Origin: Candidatus Accumulibacter affinis
GTDB lineage: Bacteria; Pseudomonadota; Gammaproteobacteria; Burkholderiales; Rhodocyclaceae
Assembly (NCBI GenBank): GCA_016713625.1
Contig: JADJOT010000013.1
Span: 110,051 to 174,050 of the forward strand
Direction of reading: 5' to 3'
DNA length: 64,000 bases
The notes under the pieces were generated by a model. That model did not search any database and was not told the origin of the DNA. It was given only the letters and a program-made list of their open reading frames with translations. Made by a program: the position numbers and the translations under genes. Positions 31,865 to 39,861 of this stretch are shown piece after piece. The number at the start of each line of letters is the position of its first letter. Within the stretch, counting starts at the first letter, position 1.

Positions 31865-34249
31865 TCACTGCCGCATCGCGTGACGCACCGCATCATCGAC
31901 GTTCTCCAGAAAGATGAATTCGAGCCTTTCCTTCGCCTGCAGCGGCACTTCCTCGAGGTCCCGTCGGTTCCGCGCGGGCAACAGCACGCGCTGAATTCCC
32001 GCGCGCATTGCTGCCAGCACCTTGTCCTTGATGCCGCCTACGGGCAGGACGAGTCCCCGCAGGCTGACTTCACCAGTCATCGCGGTATCGTTGCGTACCG
32101 GGCGGTCGACAAACAGCGATGCCAGCGCGATGAACATCGCCACGCCCGCACTCGGACCGTCCTTGGGGATCGCTCCGGCCGGCACATGCACGTGCACGTT
32201 GGTCTTCTCGAAGCTGGCCGCATCGATCCCGAGGTTCGCGGCGCGCGTTTTCACCAGAGTCAACGCCGCCTGCGCAGACTCCTTCATCACGTCGCCAAGC
32301 TGCCCGGTGAGGATCAGTTTGCCGTCGCCGGCGGTGCGACTCGCTTCAATGAACAGGATGTCGCCCCCGACCGGTGTCCAGGCCAGGCCGGTGGCCACGC
32401 CGGCGAGGCCGGTGCGCAGAGCGACTTCGTTATCGTATTTGCCCGGCCCGAGGATTGCCGCAAGATCGGATGCTTCAACGCGCAACGCGTGGATCGTTCC
32501 CTCGGCAATATTCACCGCCGCGCGGCGACAGACGGCGCCGATTTCCCTCTCCAGCGAGCGCACGCCGGCTTCACGCGTGTAGTCACGGATGATCGCCAGC
32601 AGCGACGGCTCGGTGAACTCGATCTGTTCCTCTCGGAGGCCATTCTGGATGAGCTGGCGGCCGACCAGATAACGCCGCGCGATTTCCAGTTTCTCCTCCT
32701 GTGTATAACCGGGTAACTGGATGATCTCCATGCGATCACGCAGCGGGCCGGGAATATTGTCCAGCACATTCGCCGTAGTGATGAACAGCATCCGAGACAG
32801 GTCGTAGGGCAAGGCCAGATAGTTGTCGCGGAAGCTATTGTTCTGCTCCGGGTCCAGCACCTCGAGCAGCGCCGACGACGGGTCGCCCTGAATACCGGCA
32901 CCGAGCTTGTCGATCTCGTCGAGCATCATCACGCAGCCGCGCGATCCGGCCTTGCGAATCGCCTGAATGATGTTGCCGGGCAAGGCGCCAATGTAGGTCC
33001 GTCGATGTCCGCGAATTTCGGCCTCGTCATGAACGCCACCGAGCGACGCACGCACGAACTTTCGCCCCAGCGCCCTGGCGATCGACTGACCAAGCGAAGT
33101 CTTGCCGACTCCGGGCGGACCAACGAAGCACAGAATGGGCCCATGCCCGCTGGGGTTGAGCTTGCGCACCGCGAGAAACTCGACGATGCGCTTCTTGATC
33201 TGTTCGAGGCCGAAGTGATCGGCGTCGAGGATGCGGCGTGCCTCGGCAATTTCGATGTGATCCGGTTCTGGTTCCTTCCACGGCAACTCGACCAGCCAGT
33301 CGAGATAGGCGCGCACCATCGAGTACTCGCCTGAACCATCGGACATGCGCTCGAGACGCCGCAGTTCCTTGTTCGCCTGCTTGACCACCTCCTCTGGCAT
33401 CTCGGCCTCGGCGATGGCTTTGCGCAGCGTCTCCATTTCGATGCTGTTGCCGCCATCCCCCTCACCAAGTTCCTTCTGGATCGACTTCAACTGCTCGCGC
33501 AGGAGGTATTCGCGCTGGCGCTGATCGATGTTGGCTTTGGTGCGCTCGTCAAGTTCGCGCGAAAGGCGAAGCACCTCAAGGCGGCCGAGCAGACAGTCGA
33601 GCACGACGTCGAGTCGCCGCTGCAAATCCACGCACTCGAGGACCCGTTGCCGGTCGGCTACCTTGAGCTCGGAGACGCTGGCGACCAGGTCAGCCAAAGC
33701 CCCTGCCTGACCAATGCTCTTCACCGCGTTCTGCAGTTCCTGCGAGGCCTGCGGCAGGAACTGCAGAACCTCCAGCGCGCGCTCCCTGAGCTGGATGATC
33801 CTCGCCTCGATCTGGCTGTCGGTCATCTCCGGCTCGTCGATACGCCCGATGCGCGCCACCAGGAAAGGATAGCCCTGCAGGTACTCGACGATGCGAAAGC
33901 GCTGCAGCCCCTGACAAACGATGACATGAGTGTTGTCGGGCAGGGTAACGTAGCGCAGAATGTTGGCCACCGTACCGACCAGACCAAGATCGTCAGGACC
34001 CGGCACCTCGACCTCGATGTTCCTCTGCAGGAGGATACCCACCGCTCGCTCCGTCTTGACGGCCTGCTGCGCCGCGAGCACCGACTGCTCACGGCTGATG
34101 GTCAGCGGCAGGATCATGCCGGGAAACAGCACGACATTGCGGATCGGCACGATGACCATCGCGTCGTCAGGAATCACCAGCACGCCATCGATTGCGACAC
34201 GGCGCCCGCTGCTTCCTTCTTGCCAGTCAAGCGACATGCTCTTCTCCAT
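31865..34249 (-). CDS. lon: ATP-dependent Lon protease (LonA type).
   Basis: 794 aa. It has a Lon N-domain, Walker A GPPGVGKTS, the catalytic segment PKDGPSAGVAM and ...GGIKDKVLAA. Its ATG overlaps the stop of the upstream sHsp gene (TGATG). Confidence 0.92.
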   Translation of the reverse strand: MEKSMSLDWQEGSSGRRVAIDGVLVIPDDAMVIVPIRNVVLFPGMILPLTISREQSVLAAQQAVKTERAVGILLQRNIEVEVPGPDDLGLVGTVANILRYVTLPDNTHVIVCQGLQRFRIVEYLQGYPFLVARIGRIDEPEMTDSQIEARIIQLRERALEVLQFLPQASQELQNAVKSIGQAGALADLVASVSELKVADRQRVLECVDLQRRLDVVLDCLLGRLEVLRLSRELDERTKANIDQRQREYLLREQLKSIQKELGEGDGGNSIEMETLRKAIAEAEMPEEVVKQANKELRRLERMSDGSGEYSMVRAYLDWLVELPWKEPEPDHIEIAEARRILDADHFGLEQIKKRIVEFLAVRKLNPSGHGPILCFVGPPGVGKTSLGQSIARALGRKFVRASLGGVHDEAEIRGHRRTYIGALPGNIIQAIRKAGSRGCVMMLDEIDKLGAGIQGDPSSALLEVLDPEQNNSFRDNYLALPYDLSRMLFITTANVLDNIPGPLRDRMEIIQLPGYTQEEKLEIARRYLVGRQLIQNGLREEQIEFTEPSLLAIIRDYTREAGVRSLEREIGAVCRRAAVNIAEGTIHALRVEASDLAAILGPGKYDNEVALRTGLAGVATGLAWTPVGGDILFIEASRTAGDGKLILTGQLGDVMKESAQAALTLVKTRAANLGIDAASFEKTNVHVHVPAGAIPKDGPSAGVAMFIALASLFVDRPVRNDTAMTGEVSLRGLVLPVGGIKDKVLAAMRAGIQRVLLPARNRRDLEEVPLQAKERLEFIFLENVDDAVRHAMRQ

Positions 34250-34677
34250 CAGTGGCGGCGAAGAACGAGGACCAGGCAGCCTTCCTCGATGAATTGTTCG
34301 GACAGTCGGTAGGGTCCTGGCGGCAGCGCGATCCTGCGCTCAAACCGTCCATAGGGGATCTCCAGGCGGTGGATGGCGGCCTGCTGGCAAGCCGATGGTA
34401 TCGGACGCTCACCACGCACTAGCAAGCCCTGTTCATCGAGGAGCACTTCCACCTGCCGGGAATTGACCCCCGGCAGGGCGACCAGCAGTCTGAGTTCGTC
34501 GGCATTCTCGTACAGATCCACCGACGGCTCCCAGCAGGGCAACGATTGCAGGCTTTCGACGGTGAAGAATCGGCGCCGCAACTGCTCTCCTCCCTGCAGC
34601 AGATCAAGCGCCTCCGCCCACATCCAGAACCTCTCGTCACGCGACCTCATAGCTTGCACCCTTGGCGAAACCCTCAC
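34249..34677 (-). CDS. Hsp20/alpha-crystallin family small heat-shock protein.
   Basis: Alpha-crystallin core: SVDLYENADELRLLVALPGVNSRQVEVLLDEQGLLVRGER...EIPYGRFERRIALP...GCLVLVL. Start candidates are the GTG at 34677, abutting the upstream TAG, or the ATG at 34650. Confidence 0.8.
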   Translation of the reverse strand: MRVSPRVQAMRSRDERFWMWAEALDLLQGGEQLRRRFFTVESLQSLPCWEPSVDLYENADELRLLVALPGVNSRQVEVLLDEQGLLVRGERPIPSACQQAAIHRLEIPYGRFERRIALPPGPYRLSEQFIEEGCLVLVLRRH

Positions 34678-34821
34678 CTATTTATGATAACCCCCGCCGC
34701 CACCCGCTACGCGCGCGGTCTGAGTGGCGGCGTCCCGCTCGAAGAGACTCCAGCCATAGTACTGAGCGTAGGTGAACAATGCCAGTGCCAGCAGGCCGGC
34801 AATCCAGTTGGCCTTGATCAT
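34678..34821 (-). CDS. Candidate 47-aa single-pass membrane micropeptide with a Gly5 tail.
   Basis: MIKANWIAGLLALALFTYAQYYGWSLFERDAATQTARVAGGGGGYHK. The ATG at 34821 lies 1 nt after the DUF4178 gene's TGA (TGAcATG), and its TAG abuts the sHsp GTG. The track lists a longer form, 34678..34860. Confidence 0.4.
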   Translation of the reverse strand: MIKANWIAGLLALALFTYAQYYGWSLFERDAATQTARVAGGGGGYHK

Positions 34822-34822
34822 G

Positions 34823-36748
34823 TCAGGCCGCACCGCCTGCGCCACCGAGATCGCTTGCACTCCAGCGCCGCGCCTCGAAAGCGTTCTTGCGCCAGCGCGT
34901 GAGCAGCGGGAAAACTGCCAGAAAGATCAGCACAAGCACGAAGTTTGACCAGCCTGCCGGATTGCGCACCACCTCCAGCGTGTCGACGATCGCGGCCGCA
35001 TTGTCTGTCCCGAGTTCGTATTCGATGACCAGGTAGTAGGTTCCGCCCGGCACCGCCTTGAAGACGATCTCGTCGGACGGTGAGCCTTCGGACCAGCCGT
35101 CGCCATCCTCGACTCCCTTGTAATGGCTGATCTCCTGCATTCCCAGGTAGGCCTCACCGGTGTTCTTCTCGACCAGCGTGGTGTTCACCGACAGCCAGTT
35201 ATTGGCGACATCGGTGCCGTGGCGTACCAGCAGGGAACGTGCGCGGCTGCCAAGGACGAACTCCTGGCTGGTCAGCGTCGCCTCATCATTCTGCGGCGAG
35301 AGTACGATCCGCTGCTTGAGCACCAACTGCGACGCGAAGAACAGGGCAAACGCGAGTTGCACCACGGTCGCCGCCAGCGCCAGTTGCCAGAACTGGCGGC
35401 AGATACAGCGATGGGTGTCGAGCAGGGGGTTCGGCTGGTTGGCATAAACACCGTTCTGCCTGGGCGCTGGCGTGTTGATGCCGAAAGCGGCACAGACCTG
35501 GTCTGGCGGCAGGTACTCTGCCTGCGACCAGCTGGCCTCCTTAGCCGTCACCTCGCGTGACAGCAGCAGCGGCGGGCAGATGTAGTCGTCCACGGCACAG
35601 CGCTCGCCGACGCTCACCCGCCAATAGAACTCGCCGACGACGTAAATCACTTCCGCCTCGCCGCTGTAGAAGAGTTTGAACTCCTGTCCGTCATGCCTGA
35701 ACTTTGCCTGCCGACGGCTGACGGCAGGTGGGCTGGCGAGAGTGCGGGCAAAATTCCAGTGGCCCTGATACTCGATCAGCCAGGCAAAACCCTGCCTCGG
35801 GTTGAACAGCAGGTATTCACACCACGAATCGTCGCTGCCTGGCGCGGCGCTACAGCGGCGCATGCAACCGATCACTTCCCAGTCGATGCCCTGCAGCTGG
35901 CCCTGGCTGGCCAACGGCAGCCAGGGCACCTCGCGCAGCGCCAGCGCTGCCGCTTGCAACAGTCTGACGTTTTCGTCGTCGACCCCGAGGAGCGAACCGC
36001 AACTGTCGCAGGCGATGCTTTCGATGGCTGACGAATGGATGCGCAGTGGCGCCGCACAGTGCGGACAATTGAAGGCACGCGCAACGACCTGCGACGAGCC
36101 GCCGGCAAGCGGATCGCGTGCCTCCTTGAGTTTTTCGAGCTGCAGGTCAGCAAAGGTGACCGCCTGGCCGACATAAACCAGCGGTGGGGTTTCGCTGTAG
36201 TCAATGGTCAGGAAACGATCCTTACTGCGCAGATCGGCGGTATCAACGTCGTAACCGGCCGCAACCTTGAAAGGCAGTTCCCCTTGTCCGGAGATACAGC
36301 GCGCCGTCTGCAGGTCGGTGACCGTAAAACTTCGTCCGTCCACAGTGACCAGCATTTCTGGCGTCAGGGTCGCGAACGCCGGCAAGGGGTCGCTGACCGC
36401 TACCTGCGCGCTGACCACCCATTCGCCAGCAGCTTCGGCAAGCCAGGCACTGCGCCCGTCGTCGAAGAGGATGTGCCACTCGTTCCAGATCCCCGATTGG
36501 TAGTTGAGCTGGATGCGGCCGATGACCAGAAAGTGGCGCTTGCGGAAAGTGCCTTCACTGCCGATCTGAATCAGTGAGCTGTCTTCCAGCAGTTCGGCCA
36601 TGCGTCCGAGATTCTGCAGGTCGTCGCCAGTGCGCAGCAGCGTGCTGCGGCAGAAGTCGCAGATGACATAGAGCGAGGCAGCTGACCGGAAGGTGAGCGG
36701 CGCACCGCAGGAGGGACAACTGGCTCTTTTCACGTAGCTGCGGCCCAC
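34823..36748 (-). CDS. Double zinc-ribbon / double DUF4178-like membrane protein.
   Basis: 641 aa. Module 1 reads CPSCGAPLTF...CDFCRS followed by a beta-rich region. Module 2 reads CPHCAAPLRI...CDSCGS followed by a second similar region (FYSGEAEVIYVVGEFYW). Next come TM helix FWQLALAATVVQLAFALFFASQLVL, a roughly 130-aa domain, and TM helix WSNFVLVLIFLAVFPLL. The start is uncertain: GTG at 36748 or GTG at 36733. Confidence 0.8.
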   Translation of the reverse strand: MGRSYVKRASCPSCGAPLTFRSAASLYVICDFCRSTLLRTGDDLQNLGRMAELLEDSSLIQIGSEGTFRKRHFLVIGRIQLNYQSGIWNEWHILFDDGRSAWLAEAAGEWVVSAQVAVSDPLPAFATLTPEMLVTVDGRSFTVTDLQTARCISGQGELPFKVAAGYDVDTADLRSKDRFLTIDYSETPPLVYVGQAVTFADLQLEKLKEARDPLAGGSSQVVARAFNCPHCAAPLRIHSSAIESIACDSCGSLLGVDDENVRLLQAAALALREVPWLPLASQGQLQGIDWEVIGCMRRCSAAPGSDDSWCEYLLFNPRQGFAWLIEYQGHWNFARTLASPPAVSRRQAKFRHDGQEFKLFYSGEAEVIYVVGEFYWRVSVGERCAVDDYICPPLLLSREVTAKEASWSQAEYLPPDQVCAAFGINTPAPRQNGVYANQPNPLLDTHRCICRQFWQLALAATVVQLAFALFFASQLVLKQRIVLSPQNDEATLTSQEFVLGSRARSLLVRHGTDVANNWLSVNTTLVEKNTGEAYLGMQEISHYKGVEDGDGWSEGSPSDEIVFKAVPGGTYYLVIEYELGTDNAAAIVDTLEVVRNPAGWSNFVLVLIFLAVFPLLTRWRKNAFEARRWSASDLGGAGGAA

Positions 36749-36777
36749 AGCAGCGCTGACTTAGAGGGTCATCCGGA

Positions 36778-37806
36778 TCACACCAGCTTGCCCAGCAATT
36801 CGGCCTTTTTGGCGTCGAACTCGGCCTGCGAAACGATGCCTTTGGCGACCAGCCCGTGCAGCTTCTCGAGCGTCGCGACGACCTCGTCGGCATGGCTCGC
36901 GGCTGCCGGTGAGGCTGCCGCTTGCGGCGCAGCGCTGCCTGCCTGCATGGCCTGGGTCATCGCCGCACTGATCGTCTGGCCGATCCCCAACCCGGCGCCG
37001 AGGCCGGCACCGATACCGGCGATGCCGCCCTCGTTCTGTGCCGCCAGCGGAATGCTGTTGGCTACCTGATACTGCGTGTAGCGCCCGAGGTCGCCGATCA
37101 TGTTCATGCCGATGCGGCTGTCGAGGATTTTCTGGAGTTCCTCAGGCAGCGAAACATTCTGCACGACGAAACTGTCCAGCGCCAGTCCGTAGCGATCGAA
37201 CACCGCTTCCAGCCTGGCTTTGAGGGTCCGGCTCAGCTCGTCCTGGTTGGCCGCCATGTCGATGAAAGGCACCCCCGATTCGCCGAACAGGTCGGTCATC
37301 GAACTGATCACCAGATTGCGCAACTGGCCATCGAGGTCAGCGACCGTGTATTGCTCGCGCGTACCCGAAATTTCACTGTGAAACTTGCGAGCGTCGATCA
37401 GCTTGTACGAGTAGATGCCGAAGGCGCGCATGCGCACCATCCCGAAGTCCTTGTCGCGGATGGTGATCGGGTTCGGCGTTCCCCACTTGCAATCGAGCTG
37501 CAGCCGGGTCGAAAGGAAATAGACATCCGACTTGAAGGGGGACTCAAAGAGCTTGTCCCAGTTCTTGAGATAGGTCAGCACCGGCAGAGTCCGCGTCGTC
37601 AGCGTGTAGAGACCAGGGCCAAAAACGTCGGCGACCTGTCCTTCATTGACGAACACTGCCATTTGCGATTCGCGCACCGTCAGCTGCGCACCGTATTGAA
37701 TCTCGAAGTCCCGCATCGGATAACGCACGGCGAGCACCCCGTCGCCATTTTCAGTCCATTGAATGACATCGATGAACTGTTTCTTGATGAAATCCATGAG
37801 AGCCAT
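36778..37806 (-). CDS. SPFH/Band-7 family protein (YdjI-like 'virion core protein' subgroup) with a Gly/Ala-rich linker and a C-terminal SHOCT motif.
   Basis: ATG 37806 follows AGGAGA. Contains MALMDFIKKQFIDVIQWTENGDGVLAVRYP...AQLTVRESQMAVFVNEG...FGPGLYTL, then the linker GIAGIGAGLGAGLGIGQ, then EKLHGLVAKGIVSQAEFDAKKAELLGKL (SHOCT-like). The track start at 37869 is a TTG. Confidence 0.85.
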   Translation of the reverse strand: MALMDFIKKQFIDVIQWTENGDGVLAVRYPMRDFEIQYGAQLTVRESQMAVFVNEGQVADVFGPGLYTLTTRTLPVLTYLKNWDKLFESPFKSDVYFLSTRLQLDCKWGTPNPITIRDKDFGMVRMRAFGIYSYKLIDARKFHSEISGTREQYTVADLDGQLRNLVISSMTDLFGESGVPFIDMAANQDELSRTLKARLEAVFDRYGLALDSFVVQNVSLPEELQKILDSRIGMNMIGDLGRYTQYQVANSIPLAAQNEGGIAGIGAGLGAGLGIGQTISAAMTQAMQAGSAAPQAAASPAAASHADEVVATLEKLHGLVAKGIVSQAEFDAKKAELLGKLV

Positions 37807-37865
37807 GGCAATCTCCTGCAAGCAAGCGGTGGCGATCCGGCGTCGAGCGTCGGGGGAGGGGTCGG

Positions 37866-38270
37866 TCAATAGGTCATGCAGGCGGCGTTGAGCAGGCCGA
37901 CGCTGAGCGACACGACAGCTAGAAAGGTCGCCGGGGCGACCTTGCCGGCCGGGATATCCTGATTGAGCTGCGGCAGCGCGAAGCGTGCCGCCAGGTAGGC
38001 GAGGATCTGGATGACTCCGGCGATCACGCCCCAGGCAGCCAGGTCGACCAGCGTATCGCTGTGCGCGATGACATTTGCCACCGGCATGGCAAAGCCGATG
38101 AGTGCGCCCGACAGACTGATTGCCGCCGCGCTATTGCCGGCACGAATCAGCGCCAGCTCATGGTACGGCGTGACGTTCACGTAGACCAGCAGGAACAGCG
38201 CCAGCAGCAGCAGCGCCACCGCGAAGTAGGCGAGAAAGGCGGGCAAGGTCGTCAGCAGATGCGGGGGCAC
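37866..38270 (-). CDS. DUF350 (YjfL-like) inner-membrane protein.
   Basis: 134 aa with four hydrophobic helices. TPYHELALIRAGNSAAAISLSGALIGFAMP is the typical DUF350 repeat. Confidence 0.85.
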   Translation of the reverse strand: MPPHLLTTLPAFLAYFAVALLLLALFLLVYVNVTPYHELALIRAGNSAAAISLSGALIGFAMPVANVIAHSDTLVDLAAWGVIAGVIQILAYLAARFALPQLNQDIPAGKVAPATFLAVVSLSVGLLNAACMTY

Positions 38271-38300
38271 GTGGCGTCTCCTCTTCGCGGTTCGAACTCA

Positions 38301-39020
38301 TCACAGGGAGTCGGCATAGCGCAGCAACCCGCTGAGGATCAGATTGTCCACCACCACGAAGGGAATGTTCAAGTACCTTGCCAGCCGTTCGGCGGCGCCA
38401 CCGGTCAATAGGCAGCTTGCGCCGGGCTGGCCAGCGATTGCCGCAAACATCCGTTCGACGGCGCCCAGCTGAGCCTGCAGGCAGCCGCTGACGATGGCAT
38501 CCATGGTGTTGCGCGGTTCGGCGCGAAAAACGCCATCCGCCAGCGGTAACTGGGCCGTATTGGCCGCCAGCGCTGCCCGCATCAGGTCGAAACCGGGAAC
38601 GATCAGGCCACCACGAAACACTCCGGAAGCGTCGAGCAGATCGACGGTGGTCGCCGTTCCGGCACACACCACCAGGCAGGCGCTGGCCGAGCGTGCGCGC
38701 GCACCGATCAGCGCTGCCCAGCGATCGGCACCGAGCTGACCGGGATGCTCGTAGGCACTGCGGACACCACAGGCCTCGGTGCTGGCATGCAGAAACGAGG
38801 CCTTCGCATGACGCTCGGCAAGAAGCGCAGAAATGCTTGCCGCAACCTCGCTGCCGGCGACATTGCACACCACCACGCGCGCTTTCGCCGGCCATTCGTC
38901 CGCGGCCTCGCTCAGCCAGGCGACATCGGCAGTGGCCAGCACGCCGGTGTCTAGCCACCGGCTCCCGTCATGGACGCCCCATTTGATGCGGCTGTTGCCT
39001 GCGTCGATGGCGATGTTCAT
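38301..39020 (-). CDS. coaX: Type III pantothenate kinase.
   Basis: Translation from ATG 39020 gives MNIAIDAGNSRIKWGV...GADRWAALIGA...VVCAGTATTVD. The track ORF is over-extended to 39188. The gene overlaps the birA stop by 4 nt. Confidence 0.9.
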   Translation of the reverse strand: MNIAIDAGNSRIKWGVHDGSRWLDTGVLATADVAWLSEAADEWPAKARVVVCNVAGSEVAASISALLAERHAKASFLHASTEACGVRSAYEHPGQLGADRWAALIGARARSASACLVVCAGTATTVDLLDASGVFRGGLIVPGFDLMRAALAANTAQLPLADGVFRAEPRNTMDAIVSGCLQAQLGAVERMFAAIAGQPGASCLLTGGAAERLARYLNIPFVVVDNLILSGLLRYADSL

Positions 39021-39823
39021 GCTGCGCGTAGCGACAGATCGCCAGACAGGCAGCGCTCGATTCCCGTGGCCGTGCGCAACAACAAGGCGCCGTCGGCATC
39101 TGCCCCGAGACAGATCCCCTCGCGATCCAGGAGTCCGCCATTGAGCAGGCGCACCTGGCGATCCTGCCAGACGTGGTGTGCCTGCCACTCGTCACGCAAG
39201 GCGCTGAAGCCGGCAGCCGAAAAGCGATCGAGAATGGCCGCCAGTTCGATCAGCAGCTGCGCCAGCAATTGGTGGCGATCGGGCACTGGCGACAGCGCTT
39301 GCGCCAGTGCCGCCGGGCGATGCAGGAACTCCTCAGTGTCGGCGGCAGGCAACTGCAGGTTGAGGCCGATGCCGATCACTGCCAACATGCTGCCGGGCGC
39401 GGACTCGAGTTCGACCAGAATGCCTCCCAGCTTGCCACCATCGAAAAGGATATCGTTTGGCCACTTCAGACCAATCTTGCTGACTCCGCTGGCCTCGAGC
39501 GCACGCGCCACCGCGACGCCAACCGCCAGGGACAGGCCGGCGAGCTGTGCCACGTTGCCCGCGAAACGCCAGAGCAAGGAAAAGGTCAGAGCGCCTTCCG
39601 GAGAGGATAACCACCGGCGACCACGGCGGCCGCGGCCGGCCGTCTGCCGGTCGGCGACCAGCAGCAAACCCGACGGCGCCGCCTGGCGGGCACGTTCGAG
39701 CAGCAGGGTGCTGGTCGAACTGCATTCGCGCAGTGTCTCGACCGAGAAGCGACGGCTTGCCTGACCGAGCAGGACGTGCAGGCGGACAGGATCGATCTGG
39801 CAGGGGCTGAGGGACTGGTGCAT
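39017..39823 (-). CDS. birA: Biotin--[acetyl-CoA-carboxylase] ligase (no N-terminal HTH, class I).
   Basis: Contains ADRQTAGRGRRGRRWLSSPEGALTFSLL...LKWPNDILFDGGKLGGILVE. Confidence 0.9.
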   Translation of the reverse strand: MHQSLSPCQIDPVRLHVLLGQASRRFSVETLRECSSTSTLLLERARQAAPSGLLLVADRQTAGRGRRGRRWLSSPEGALTFSLLWRFAGNVAQLAGLSLAVGVAVARALEASGVSKIGLKWPNDILFDGGKLGGILVELESAPGSMLAVIGIGLNLQLPAADTEEFLHRPAALAQALSPVPDRHQLLAQLLIELAAILDRFSAAGFSALRDEWQAHHVWQDRQVRLLNGGLLDREGICLGADADGALLLRTATGIERCLSGDLSLRAA

Positions 39824-39861
39824 GGCTTCGTCATCACAATCAACGCCGCCATTATCGCCGA

